64,000 nucleotides of DNA from Marsupella aquatica (taxonomy: Eukaryota > Plantae > Marchantiophyta): contig OZ316899.1 of the NCBI GenBank assembly GCA_973895155.1, positions 186,001 to 250,000 on the forward strand. The letters are read 5' to 3'. The position numbers were made by a program, and so were the translations under genes. Shown here piece by piece: positions 22,043-35,900 of this stretch. A model generated the notes under the pieces. That model was given only the letters and a program-made list of their open reading frames with translations. It had not been told where the DNA came from and searched no databases. How positions within the stretch are numbered: position 1 is the stretch's first letter; each line of letters starts with the position of its first letter.

Positions 22043-24950
22043 TGTGAAATCTTTACAAATGAAGGTAGTTCAGTCAACTTATCCACTTCACAAACATTCG
22101 GAACATCCTTCCTTCCTAAAGATTTCAATGGGGGGCTCGCACTGTGAAAACTCTAATATACTTGGCAAACATGTTGGTCTCATAGATTGAAGTGGTTTCA
22201 ACAATGGCACGGTCAATTGAATAGCGGACGGTGGTCTTAGTGCCTTTCCTTTTATGGTGCTTGAATCCTCTTCCTCCTACGTCTTGGAGCAATAGCTTCC
22301 CTCGTTCCACTTCCTTCTGCATCCAAACAATGATGACTCTTCTTCTCTTGAATGGAGACTGAGGGTACAATCCCTCTTGTGATGATATTCGCTTGAATGG
22401 AGAGGGTACAATCCTGACACTGTTCATTTTCTTGTCGGCCACCCTTTTGTCCCATATCTCATGAAGTTGGGTACACCCCACACAACGTACGAACCATTAA
22501 AAGTTCCTGACGGTTAACCTAGTTGTACTTAGACAATACTTTAATATACAAATCATGACTTGTTAATCATTAATTATGCTTTATTATCACTCTTTGCAAC
22601 ACTATTAGGGGGTCACACATTACACACAATTTATAAAAAAGAAGATTGAACTAAAAAAGAACAAACTATATGACCAAAGGATAGACTCTCAATCTAGGGG
22701 ATCTTTCCGCAAGCCTCCTAATCCAGAATAGTTTTCATTACTTAGATAGTTTGCACTGCTATATATTATTCACAACTATATTATATCTCAAATGTATGTT
22801 TCATGAAGAAGTGGATTATAATTCCATTCCTCTCAATTAGTTGTTTATTTTAATGTACTAGAAAACTTAATTTCCACTCAATTAGTATTTTAATGTGTGC
22901 TAGCAGAACATTATAGACCATATTAGACTCTCAAAACTCAAGCTAAAAGCCCTTATTTTCCTGGTCATTATGAAGCAGATTGCAAAAATCACATCATTTT
23001 GGATGAGGTAATTAATTTCTCCTATATTTTCACTAAAATTTGTAAAACTATCTTATCATAACAATCTATGATACCATAACATTTTGGACCATAAATAATA
23101 GCCTTTGACAACTTGAGTTAAAGTTAATATCACATACATTAATTATACTCAAACAAGGCCTAAAAAATGTAACTAGGGGGCCCACGAACTGATTCCAAAT
23201 ACTCTTTTAGCTCCAATGCACTATCTTTAAAATTTGAAATATTATGGTATCTCCTCAAAACAACAAGCTGTAAGACTCTAATGCTTATACTGAAATCTCT
23301 TGTTTAGACTCTATTAGGGCATCAAAGCCCAGCCGTAACTCAGTTATAGCTTAGGACATAAATCACTTTTATGGCCTGGAAGTAACTTCTTATGGGGTAC
23401 TTACAAAGGTGCCCCGTAAGTCTCATACATCCTAAAGTTTTATGTCCGTAGGGTGAAGACCATCTCTTTTAAGAGAAGCCGCCCCGACACTAGTCACTAC
23501 TGCAACGCCTGCCCTGCACAAGTGGCCCCTACGATGATCCCACATGATGGAATGAGGGGTGAACTGAGTGTATTTTCCCCACTCACGAATTTGGGCAGCT
23601 CCTCTGAAATTCTTGATGAAATCCATCTGGGCATCACACTTAGGTCCACATTCATCAATATTGTTGCTGTTTGTCCTAAATTTGTAGTCAATGCACTATT
23701 GGGGTGAGGAAGAGATTCCCTCCAATCTTATTTAATGATGAGAGCCGCATAGGTGACGGTGAGCGAGCTCACCAACATGGCTGCTACGTCGAGCTGTGAA
23801 TTGTGGTGATGGATGGTTGTCTCCCAAAATCGTTCTACAGGCACTCTCGAGCAAGGAATTCTTCTAATTGTTTGCTGCTTGTTCTTCCATATTACATGAA
23901 TTTAGTTTTGACAAAGAACAAGCAGTTCTGAAACCGAGATTCTACGGGGAATAGAAATTGCTTGCTCTTGGATGTCCTTTGGTCATTTTAACAGACTTTC
24001 AAACAATGGATTTGGTTTTAGGAGTATGTTGGTGACAAATCCCCGCATGTAACAGTCTATTGCACATCACATGAAGCTGAAATGCCAATCTCTGTGCAAG
24101 CGCAATTGAACAACTATTGTTTTTTACTCATCTCTACTTCGATGTTGGTGTCTCTATTAGCTTTGAGTGCTTGATTTCAGTCTCTCTTAGCTTTGAGTGC
24201 AGAATTGTGACTACGCCTGTCGAAATAGTTTTGAAGCGCTCAATTGTCTCAGAAGTTATTAAATTCCTAGGTTCAACACAGTGGCAAAAGTTACGACGAT
24301 GCGCCGTCCAAATTTCTGCTGTTCTGATTCTGGCCAACGCTTTCTATTCTGGATTTGATTGCCACTACATTTACTTTGTTGCTAAGACCAAAAATCTCTC
24401 TTGAAGACTCATCGACAGCCTGCAATGGTGATGACACCTGCAACTTTGTCACCATCCTTAAGATTCTTTTCTACCCCATAACTAGTTCTTACAGGACGTG
24501 TCAAAGTACCTAATCAACTTCTGCCCTTAAAATTCCCGTAACTTTGTTTTACGGCTATTTGAAAGAGGGACTGACAGTGGACAGGGCTTATGGCTGTGTT
24601 TTGACACGCCCTATTGGCACTCTTGTTTGGTACTCTCATCCGAAGAGATCTAGTACAAAAGTTTATGGCTTTCTATGTCACTTCCCGATCAAATTTGTTC
24701 ATTGCTCTGACTTGCATCATTCAATTTAAACTGTGTATTCAACTTAACTGAACATCAGGACATGGAACACATTATTTACAATAATTATGCACAAGCACAC
24801 AACCAAGAATGTGTGTCCAGACCAACTTATAACACTAAGTTCTCTCAAAGATCAACCAAAAATCTTCAAATGAATGTAATTAATCTCCAAAATGTACTTC
24901 AATAGCTCTCCTCTAGACTAACAGGCCCTTTCTTAATCTTGGCCAGTTGG

Positions 24951-24952
<2 letters not shown>

Positions 24953-24990
<38 letters not shown>
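24953..24990. repeat. (CT)19 microsatellite
   Basis: Direct read. Confidence 0.97.
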
Positions 24991-24996
<6 letters not shown>

Positions 24997-25295
24997 AAGC
25001 CATCGTCGACAACTTAACTAGAAGGGAGAGATTTTTGTCCACTTATCAGTCATTTGCAAGCCAATCTCCTCATCACTGATGATGAAGGTAGGGATTTTCT
25101 GATTGCTCAGTGAATGAATGAGGGGGTCTCAACCTTCCTTTGACCCTAAATGCATGCTCCCTTCCTCCTCTTCCACAACCTTCGCTTTCATCTCCCTCAT
25201 CCATCCGTACTTGCACCACCATGAGAAATTTCACTCCTTGGTGGCATTCACTCATTCGAGGCTTGACACAGGGTATGGTCCTGCCCTATGGTCCT

Positions 25296-28200
25296 TTAAT
25301 CCTTTAAATTTTTTGTTTGAAGGTTTCGCCACTTGTCTTTCAGATCAATCTGTGTCAAAGTCAATAAAACATGATAGATGAGCATGCAATTTGTCTTGTG
25401 TGCAAGGGTAAATACAGTAATACAAAAAGTAGGATATAACCATAGAAGACTTACTTCAGACCGGTCAATGAAGTGTGCACCCTCGGAAGCAAGAATTCGA
25501 CTCCACTTGCCTGGTCCAAACCTGAAATTAACCTTGGCTTAGAAAACCTCTTGTTCTTAGAGAAAAACACCAATTAATACCAGCTAGGTAAGATATTACG
25601 TCAATGCATTTTGATTGATAAGTCATAGGTTCTCTACTTGCCTGCGGACTGCCTGTTTGAGACAATTTGTTTCCTCTTTAGACCACCTTTTAGTTGCCCT
25701 ACGAACACGTATTAGACCATTGGGGCCTTCTTTCATGACTGCCCGGGTGATCAATTTGGAATTTTGTAATCCAATACAATCTTGATGCAGCCTCAACCTC
25801 TTAGATGACGGGCTGGACGTATCCTCCTTCCCTGTGCCCTGCAAAGACATCCAATTTGTAATACTCCAGCAAGGATTGCAAACATTACAAAATACAGTAC
25901 ATCTTCCATACTGTACAAGATAGATGTTGTTGTCACCAATGATTGAAAACAATGAAGTTTCCTGCAGACCACCTCACCTTGGCACTCGAAGTTGCTAGAT
26001 TGCCCTCCTCTGCTTTGTCTTTGGATTGGAACGGGGTGATTAGGGACCGAGAAGGAGGATTTAGCAAATCTATAATTCGTTTTCTCCCTAAGTTCTTCCC
26101 CATATCACAAATGCCTTTGTAATTCTCACTCTGTGGGGCTGGAAGCTCAACTAATCTCTGTTCTTCCGGATGAATTAGGTGTTGGACTTCATTTGACGAT
26201 TGTTGCATTTTGCTAGTAGTAATTCCTCTGTTGAGCATATTAACCTCTGTGCTCACTTCTATCACAAAAAAAACACCACATTGGAGACTTCAATTCTCCA
26301 TCAACAGCACATACAAAGACCTAGGAGTCTGAAACTACTCTATACACTATCAATCTGAACTAATCAATGCTAGTTCTAGTGCAATTTTGGTCAAACTGTA
26401 AGACTACATATGAGTTGAACTATGACATTGGTGGGCACTACATACCATACACTGGTTGGAAGGATGCCTGCTTTGGCAACAATACAGGCGCCATGATCTG
26501 CTGGTTGGCCACCTCCAAAGGAGCTCCTTCATTCTCATCTATCAAATTCTCTTTACCTGTTCCAATCTCCACCCGCCTTGTTCTATAGTGATCCAATTTA
26601 GACTGCAAATACAACCATCCAATTAACGGAAATGATATTTCTCCACCACAATATGTATATTCACAATGACTTGCAGCAAACAACAAATCAGTCCCACCTT
26701 TTACCAAATCTGATAGCTAGTGAGAGAAGACAAGGCCCAAACATTGTTAAAACAATGCATCTGTCTCCTAGCCTGTGAGTGCGGGACAAAACCAATGGAA
26801 AAATCCCAAACTTTTTTTGCACCACTCCATCGAGCGGTGCAAATTAAACCAACTATTTAATAAGACATTTAAGGAAACAATCCTTTGGAGGAGGAGGGGA
26901 AGGGAGAGAATCATGAGCTAAGTTACCCAAGGTTGATCCAAATCAATACCTGAAGCTCAACTCGGACTTCCTCGGCAACACTTTCATACTTGTCTTTCAA
27001 AGTATCCACATCCCTACGAACTGCGGCCAAGGTGGTCACCATCATTTCATTCCTCTGTAGGAGTAGCTCCAACTTGACACCTATTGTGTTGTTTGCCTCT
27101 ACTTGCATCCTCAAGTTGGTCAGTATTGTTTCGTTCCTCTCTGTCTGTAACTCCAAGGTGGTTGTCATCTTCTCATTCCAGTCTTTCTGGCGCTCTTTCT
27201 CTATTTTCAACTCACCTACAACCTCCATCAAGCACAGGCATGATGTACAACAAGATCTGACTGTTTTTGAAGCTTCTGAAATGCTCAAGGGGAATACATT
27301 CTTTAGTGTGAATATGTCGGAGTGCTCCGGCAACTCCGTACCATTTGTTGTCAACTCGATACCAAATTTTGTCTTCAATTTTTCCTGTTCTCTATCCTCT
27401 GTTCCAGGCGTTGCTTCCGCTTCGCCCAATGTCTTCCTTGACATTTCATGTTCTTTACCCCCCGACAGAGGTTCTGTCTCTTGAAGACTCAATGTCTTCA
27501 TGGACATTGCATGATCTTCATGGATTATCCCAACCTTTGTCACCATCTCATTTTCACAAGCTCGATTGAACAAAGAACCATCTTGGTGTTCGTTCACAAA
27601 AGAACCATCTTGCTGACCTTGCGGCTTTGCTCCACTGGTTGAGAATAGCCCGAGAAGTCCTCCACTACTACATGGATCACCCTCATGCACACTAGAAACA
27701 ACAGTTCCTTTGGCATGTCCTGACATTGCATCATCGTCGTTCACAATTTGCAGATGCATTGTGAGATGTTTTTGTTCTGTGCAGTTCTCCTCCATCTCGT
27801 GGTTTTCCACTCCATGATGCTCCACACCCACTTGAGTAGATGTTTTCCAATGGAATACTTGTGGTCTTGGCAAAGACACAATTGAAGGGGACTTCTCACT
27901 CAACAGAATTTGCAGATGGGATCCAAAATTGTAAGTGCAAGTCATGTTACCTTCGGAGATTTGTTTCCGGGCTCTGCAAAGGAGGTCGATCAGTCTCCCG
28001 CCAAGATATTCTCCCCAATTCTTCCTACTACTTGTTTCTTCAACTTGCTTTATCTGGCACAAAGACACATCGGCCCTGCTCCCCTTAAAGTGAAGAGCCC
28101 CCAATTGAAACTCTAGCCTCTCTCTGATTAGGGAATCTTTGCAATATTGCAATGAGTAAGAACCATTGCTGTTCCTTTTAATCCCTGCAAATGACCTTGG

Positions 28201-28512
28201 ATTATATCGAACTGCTTTTTGCTCAAATGGCTCCCCTGACCCTTGCAACTTGAATGTCTTCTTGATAGAATCCAAACTCAAGTCTATTCTTCCCCCACAA
28301 ACCCATGTTTCAGATTGTTCACTGTCAAAGTTCCGGATGAAATCTATCATGTCAGACTTAGAATGACTCTTAGTGTCCCAACGAACTCCCAAAACACAGT
28401 CTGCAAGCCCATTGTGCTGAAGATATTCTGAATGTCGCGCTTGACACAATGTTGTCACCACAAGTGGTGGGATAAAATAGAATGTTGGCATCGCCATAGG
28501 CTTGGAAGACAT
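25296..28512 (-). CDS. spliced fusion gene: retroelement accessory domain + coiled coil + C-terminal TRF-like (telobox) Myb domain, ~772 aa; exons complement(26950-28512, 26446-26602, 25978-26258, 25642-25838, 25455-25521, 25296-25349)
   Basis: All five introns have consensus ends (gtattg, gtatgt, gtgagg, gcaagt [GC donor], gtaagt; AG acceptors) and the phases (0,1,0,2,0) join without stops. The last three exons give KRWSKEETNCLKQAVRRFGPGKWSRILASEGAHFIDRSEIDLKDKWRNL. Exon 1 has YLQHNGL...W...DFIRNFD...GGRIDLSLDSIKKTF...ERLEFQLGALH...FGSHLQILL, homologous to the LTR ORFs. The 5' start is uncertain. Confidence 0.85.
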
Positions 28513-28680
28513 CGTTGTCCCTTCTTGCCACTAGTAGGTATGTACACCAAACCTCTGGTGGCACACTATCTTGGTTTGATATCAGTTTGATATGTAGACA
28601 AATGTCATGCTAGACTCTGGTGACAATGAGAATGGTCGTGCTCCCCAGGTTCTTACAATAGTCTACGAGCCCATTACAAT

Positions 28681-29130
28681 AGTGTCAATAACACCAAGTA
28701 ATTAACATTCATCACCAAGAATGCTAAAATGCATTTGAGTCCGGATATTCGGGTGCTATGGTGATTGGCGCGAATGAAATCCGCCACTTCCCCGGGAAAA
28801 TTCACAATGTCTATGCACACATGAACCCACTGTCCCTACTTGTCAACCTTGGGTTCAACTAGAAAGAATTGTAGGGAACTAGATCCAGAGGCACATAGAC
28901 ATGTACAGTAATAAATCTGGTGTACAGTGTCAATAACACCAAGTAATTAACATCCATTGCTCAAAATGCTAAAATGCATTTGAGTCTAGATATCCGGTTA
29001 CTATGGTGATAGGCACAAATGAAATCCACCACTTCGAGGAAGATCCACAAAGTCTATGCACGCAGGAACCCATGTACTGTCCCTACCCATCAACCTTGGT
29101 TCAACTAGAAACAATTGTAGGGGAACCAGA
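28681..29130. repeat. ~246-bp diverged tandem duplication upstream of the fusion gene
   Basis: agtgtcaataacaccaagtaattaacat...ggttcaactagaaa begins at 28681 and 28927. Confidence 0.85.
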
Positions 29131-30294
29131 TCTAGAGACACGTAGTTATGTTTTGTAATAAATCTAGTGTGATTCAATCCATACAATTATGTTTAACTAT
29201 TCAATTTGTACAATTATGTTTAACTACAGTATAATATTCACGCTCATTCTATGATCCAAGCCGTCACCAAAGATTTGCTCCAGAGGGATAATAATGTGGA
29301 TTCCTATGAATCACCTAACAAGAAGCGGGCTCTAACTAAGTACAAGTGTCCCTAATTAAGGCTTCCATGCTTGAATTGGTCTTAGCCAATAGGAAGCAAG
29401 ACCAAATTAACAATACTTTTTGTGTCCTCATGAATACATATATATTCGAAGCTCTTAATCTACCACCAATGCTCTCTCCCCTTGCACCAGCCTAGGTACT
29501 TACATTCTTGAGGAGACCCACCCAGTGTGTCCAGAATGTTATACACAAGCCCAGGGAGAAGGAATTTTTTGCCCATTCCCTTTCTTTCAGTACACCTCTG
29601 TATGACATAAATTCCCATTGCGACATTTTCCTTTCTAGCATAGAGTGGGAGCCACACGAGGAGCCACGGCTCCACCCTTTCCCATTCTTTCAGTGTGCCT
29701 TTGGTGTAGAGCAGGAGCCAAATATTGGAACTGTGTAATCCTGCACACCTCTAAGCTTGAACTCAGGCAGACTAATTTCATAGTGTGTCGGATTGGGATA
29801 TGACAAAAAGCTAAAATCTCAGCCCACAAGATGCAGGTAATTAAGATTCCTTAGTTAGAAAACCCCTCCCTAACCCTAGTACTTCCGGAATGACATACAA
29901 AGGCCCAAAGGAAAATGAATTTTTTGCCTTTCCCAATCTTTCAGTTCTTTTAGTGCACCTTTAGCGTAGAGCAATCCAAAAGGATGAATAGGGCGTGTCA
30001 AAGTGTTACAGTCCAAAGAAATAAATCAAAGTGTTATGGGATTCATATTTTGGTAGCCCTTAGTGATTTTGTCTCAGTTGGCTGTAATAGTGTTTTATGA
30101 CCTGAGCAATAATTGAGTTACTTAAAATTGAGTGTTAAAATGCAACTTTAACACTCCTTAATGGAATCTTGGAACTATGTAATTATGCACCTCAGAGCTT
30201 GAACTTAGGTGGGCTAACTTTATGGTATGTACCTTTAGTATAAGGCAAACAAATAAAATTCCAGCCGACAGGATCATCCTAATTCACCATGTAC

Positions 30295-30728
30295 AAATAT
30301 TGAGGCGAGACCAAGGAAAGAACTATACACTCCTTGGGACAAATCAATAGTAGATTTATGAAGGTGAGTACCTTAACATCAAAATTCCCCCTTTCTTCCC
30401 ACCTAGTACATGTTGAAATATTCATAAATCTAATGATAAAAATTACAACTTACGGCATTTCGGTACTCAGATCTGAAATGGTTCGTGTACTATTTGACCG
30501 GAATTGTAATTTTTACTGAATTGGAATTAAAATCTTGAAAAAAATTCTGTGGATTTGTTTGCTACAGTGTGGGAAGATCTAAAAAAATTGACACCATAAA
30601 ATTGAAGTTTACACTTTATTGGATTCTTTATTATGAAATATTCTTGAACTTTTTGTTAGAAAAGTTCTTAAACTAAAGTCCTCAAGGTTTTGAAGGACAC
30701 TATTTTTGAATGGCTATCAAAGATGTCA
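30295..30728 (+). pseudogene. degenerate partial duplicate of the 5' part of the TET/JBP-like locus (small exon, intron, N-terminal coding region)
   Basis: Colinear with ~14775-15250 (e.g. ttacaacttacggcatttcggtactcagatct; cagtgtgggaaga; accataaaattgaagttt). It has indels and stops and lacks the catalytic domain. Confidence 0.88.
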
Positions 30729-30780
30729 CCTTTTGGACGTGGTTACAATTATCCCTATTTTCATTGCTCCCTGTGTGAAT

Positions 30781-31185
30781 GAGGGTACTCTTATCTCCTG
30801 AGGGTACCCTTGTGCTTGAGGGTACTCTTATCAGTGAGGGTACTCTTATCAGCGAGGGTACTCTTATGGATGGGAACGCTTATCAATAACGGTACTTTGA
30901 TCAATAAGGGTACCCTTATCAATGAGGATACTCTTATCTCCTGAGGGTACTCTTGCGTATGAGGGTACTCTTATCAATGAGGATACTCTTATATCAGAAA
31001 GAGTACTCTTATCAATGAGGATATTCTTATATCAGCAAGAGTACTCTTATCAATGGGTACGCTTATCAACAATGGTACTTTGATAATGAGGGTACCTTTA
31101 TCAGTGAGGGTACTCTTATCTCCTAAGGGTACCCTTGTGTTGGGCCTTGTGCATGAGGGTACTCTTATTAATGAGGGTACTTTTA
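30781..31185. repeat. minisatellite with core gagggtactcttatc and variable linkers
   Basis: Roughly 20 degenerate copies, with embedded palindromes agggtaccct and aagagtactctt. Confidence 0.9.
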
Positions 31186-32958
31186 TTAGTCATAGCAAGC
31201 AACAAAGCAGGCAGGGGACCCCATGAAGGCGCCCCGCGCCGGCAAAGGGACTCCGAACGTACTGAAAGGACCCTAAACCTCACTAGACCAACATTTTGGG
31301 TATTGCATGGACAAATACTGGCCGAAGTACATGCCTAAATTTACCTGCTCTGTATTAGTTCCCTAAACCAGGGGTGATTTTTTTCATCAAATCCATACGT
31401 TGTATCCTAGTTTGTTTCACACATGATGTAAACCTACATAATGTGAAAGTGGGAGAGAAGAAAAATAGCAAAAACCAATGCAAGCGAAAAAAATTCAGCT
31501 TTTTCTAGGAAGAAAAAAAATAAGGCAAACAAATAAAATTCCAGCCGACAGGATCATCCTAATTCACCATATACTTCCAATATTGGGTAGGTGTGCAACG
31601 TGGAGAACAATGCAATAATAATAAATGCATGTCATAAATATGTACATTATTGAATGACAATAATTGCATTTTTTCCTTCCTAAATAGCAAAGAATGACCA
31701 CAGCATACAATGATGTGAGAACCCAATATGCTCAACCGTGTGCAGTGGTCTGCCTTTGCTACTTTGGCATTATTTTCCCAGATGCACAATATATAATCTG
31801 ACGTTAGATAAGGGGGTTTATTTTAGCTCAGGTCTCCTATCAACTTAAGCTTGCTCTTAAGTATAGCTTCTTTGTGGGTGGCTATTTTGATTGCACACTC
31901 TGCTTGAGCTTGACTATCTTCAATCTGGCCTCTTGCTTGATCATCAGTCATCACCCACTAGCTTCAGTGCAGCCTGACCTAGTGCCCATATAACCAAGCC
32001 CACCCTAATCTTTGGCCTCAAAGGGTGTTCTTTTCCTTACCAATGAAACAAAACTATATCCAAATAAATTGACATGATATATTATTTGAGGAGTATGTTG
32101 TCATTATAAAATCTCCAAATTAAAACCCCAAATGATATATACCTTCCAAGACTTCTAGCTACAATGGCAACTAACTCTACTTTTTATGCATTGTGTTTTC
32201 TATATGTAATCTTCAAACAAGAGTGACAATGCACCCAATATATTCTAACCACCACCACAACACAAAGACCAGTTGTGGGCATAGAGATAAACAGACCCAA
32301 AGGGCCAAAGCACCTTCTCTAGCACCTTAGTGTCAAGGATGTCTACATAGTGCTAGGATGGACCTATATCTACACAAAGATTGAACAAAATCATGAATCA
32401 TTCTCGCAAACTACTTTACTACTTCTTTCTCAAACATACATCTATCAACATAGGTATATTTTCTATTCCGCCACCAAAATATACCTCAACCAATGTATTA
32501 CACCGGCCCAGCCTAAGGTCTTCTATGCTTCATCGTATACACTCACGGCTAAGCTTGGTCCCGGATAGCTACTAAACCATGACTTACCCCTAGCAGTCCA
32601 TGCGACTAATCCTTCCAGCCCCCAATCCTTGCCCGTATACTTGCTCATTCACATACACATATACCTCAACTCCTGGTAATACTGAGTAACTCTTGGATTG
32701 ATGGGGGAAAAATCCTTACAGCCAAGCATAGCCTTACACTTATAGTTGACTTGATGAACTCGGAAGAGACAATGCCTAATGGCAGTAGACCCTAAGCTTT
32801 AACAAAGCCCGGCTTCGTACTTGCCCTACAAGATTCACTGAGCTAGAGTGTACTCCTTAGTACACTTGGCTCCTCCATGTGAGACTCCCTACTTCACTAT
32901 AATAATACTAATGCTTTGACAATCAGGATTCCCCCCCACCTCCTACCAGGGGATGCCC

Positions 32959-32976
32959 TATATATATATATATATA
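32959..32976. repeat. (TA)9 microsatellite
   Basis: Direct read. Confidence 0.9.
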
Positions 32977-35900
32977 TTATTTTTCTACTTCTAACTACTC
33001 CGTTTTAATTCCTACATTACTTACCTAGTTCTAACCTAACAAAAATTGTGGGCCCCTCCCACTACCCCCTATTGCGGGACCGTTTTGCCGAGCTCTCATA
33101 GCCAGACGCACATCGTGCCCGTTCCTTGTAACGGTCACGATCCCTTTGCAAGATTGCCACCTGCTCCTCCAATTCCGTAACGCTTGCTCGTGCAGTCTCT
33201 ACTTCGGCTGCAGTTTCCAAGAACTCATCCCTCAGCTGCGTGGCCTTGTACTCCATCTGGAGAATTTGTGCCACGTGGCCATCTTTCGCCTCGGCTAACT
33301 CAGCTGTAGCTGAGGCTTCCTTAGCCGCAGATTCGGCTAACTGCTCCTTCAGACGAACAACCTCTGCTCCGCTTCCCTCTTCCATAGCCATAGTCGTGCG
33401 CTTGTTAGCTGCATCTAACTGACGCTTAAGTTGAGCAATTTCTTGTTGCTGGAATATTATTTTCCCATCCCTAGATGACTTCTCTAGCTCGTAGACTTTG
33501 AACGCCGCCTGCCCTATTGCTAACTCCTTCTTGTCTTTGATGGTGTTGTTGCGGCATTCGACCAGCTCTTCCTCTCGAGTAGTCAGCTCTACTCTCAATT
33601 CTTTGAACTGTTCCTGGAGTTGTCCCAAACTCTTCTTTGTGAACTCCAGCTCCGCATTCCTAGCCGTTACGATGGAGGTTGAGGTTTCCAGTCGTTCTTT
33701 AAGGGTTGCCACCTCCGCCACATTGTGTGCCGCAAGAGAGGACTCTGTTGCTAAGTCTTGCTTGGCCTTAGCCAACTCCCTCTCCGTTATGACTAGTCGT
33801 GCCACCTTAGCCGCAACCTCATTTGACACCACCTTAGCCGTAGCTAGTTCCACCTTGGCCGCCGTTAATTCCTCTCTCAACGCAACCACTTCCCTCTCTA
33901 GCTGGATTCGTGCCTCCACTACATCGTTGGCCCTTATCACTTCCTGCTCCCTTAGTGCCCTATCTCGATCCAGCTCCTCGAGGATACAATGTTTCATTAG
34001 TTGGACGGCTGTGAGTCCCAACTTGTATGAAACATCTAAATGGAACGCATGAAGTCTGTTGTCCAAAGTATCCTGGCCCACAGCCTGGAAATTTCTAGGA
34101 CGTGGTTTCGTCTCCCTCTCAATTGTTGAGCTAAGCTGAGCCAGCGCATCCGCAGCTGTCCCCTGCGATGGTGCAGCCTCTTCTGGTTCAGTAGGGTATC
34201 CCGAGGGCCCATCCTCTCTCCCTTCGTCGCTCGCCAAAAAACCGGGTTCTATAGCAGTGGCTACGACATCATCGATCGCGTTTGATGGTACTACCGTATC
34301 CGCGGAATTCGCCGTTGCCGCAATTGTTTCCACTTCATCCTTCTCCAGCCCTTCTGTGGTCGGTGGCGACCCTTCTCCTTCTTGGCCATCCTCCTCCTCG
34401 TCACCCATTCGAAGTCTTTGTTGGCGCTTGTTGACCAGCCTTGGTCTTGCAACCTTAGCCGTTGCTGCCTTCTTAGCTGTAGAAGACTTGTCATGGATCT
34501 CGACGCCCTTTGCCGTAACATCCTTGGCCTTATCCGTGGCAGCCTTCCACGTAACTACGGCTACCGTTCCCTTGGTCGCTTCCTGGCTTGTGCCGGGCTC
34601 TTTTACCCGTGTACTTGCGGGTCCAATTGTAAACGCTTGACCCCTTCTCTCCGTGAACTCTGCTGCTTTGGGATATTTCCAATGGAAGGTGGCGAGGTAG
34701 TCGTGCCTGAGTTTTGGAAGGCATAGTGACCATCCTCGTGAATACCATTCAAGAATAATCTCAATGTGACTGGCTGCATAAAATTGACCCCCAATGCTTA
34801 AAGCTCTGCGCCCACTGTCCAGCGTCATATGTAGCTTACGGGTAAAGTGGGTGGCCCAACTTCGTGGCCTGGTATCCTCCGTCTGTAACACTTGGGCCAC
34901 CGAAATCTCCATTCGTATCTCCACCATATGGAGTGCATAGCGTTGGAACACGATTTGTTCCCGAGTTTGATCGTTGATACACTTTCTCAAAGTGTATCCG
35001 TTGGCACATCGGGCATCAGAATTGAAACCCGTTGGCTTGTATTCCTCGGTCTCCTGGGTGGTCAGCCTTAGTTCCACCTTGTCTTTGCCTTCGGGCAAGC
35101 CAAAGATGCATGTAAGCCTGTCCTGACTTAGGGACATGACCCTCTCTTGGATCATCGTGCACTCGTCCTCTGCCCTAAAATTCTCCAGGAAATGATAAAT
35201 CAAATCGTTGGTGAAGCGATTTGTACACCACGGTAAGGAGACAAAATGCTCAAACCCCTGGGCCTTAATATACTCTTGATTGGCCTCCATGAGCATATCC
35301 CTTTGCGCTGCCTGGTCCATGCGGACAGGGACAAGACTTACATCTGGGGATGCTTCCCTAGACGGCGGGGTCTGGGCCTTCCTCTTCTCCTTACCCTTAC
35401 CCTTATTACCCGCAGTCCTAGCCATTTCCTCTCCTTCCGGTGTTCGCTGCTCCGCCGTTGCTAGGGCTGTGGGTGGTATTCTCCTCGCTCTGCGTTTCAA
35501 CTTTGGACTCGATTGTGCTGAGCCGGAGCCGCTTGCTGTTTGCTCGGTGTTGCACACCTGTCGCATTGCTGTGGACACTTGCTCGATCGGGGCTGGCTGG
35601 CCGTGCTGAGGCCTGATGCTTGTCTCCGCGCCCCCTCCTCCGAGCTTTCTTAGCGATGGCAATGTAGAGCTTGATGGTCCCGCTGCTACGATTGGTTTAG
35701 AGTGCAAGAGCACAATTGTAGTGGCTGCCAATGACTCATCCACTTTGTCAAGGTCTATCACTGGTCTTAGAAGCTTAGCGCTCTCCCTCGCTATCTCCTC
35801 CCGTTCCTTCACTTGCTCCGGTGCAAAGTATGTTGTAGCTCGTGCATGCAACTTGTCGAGGTGGGCTCGATTCAGTCTTCCTGACCCCAGAAGACTAAAG

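Larger units (their letters stand above)
30241..31570. repeat. perfect 50-bp direct repeat pair (30241-30290 and 31521-31570)
   Basis: taaggcaaacaaataaaattccagccgacaggatcatcctaattcaccat is identical at both sites. Confidence 0.95.

Noticed and set aside
23432-23700. MDFIKNF...FTPHSI resembles the DFIRNF/EFVKNY part of the accessory domain
   Set aside because: Similarity is limited to a few residues and the flanking GF..LPW and FGLP motifs are absent.
30781-31185. CRISPR-like appearance of the repeat with variable linkers
   Set aside because: Linkers are only a few bases and themselves repetitive, the context is eukaryotic and there are no cas genes. It is a minisatellite.
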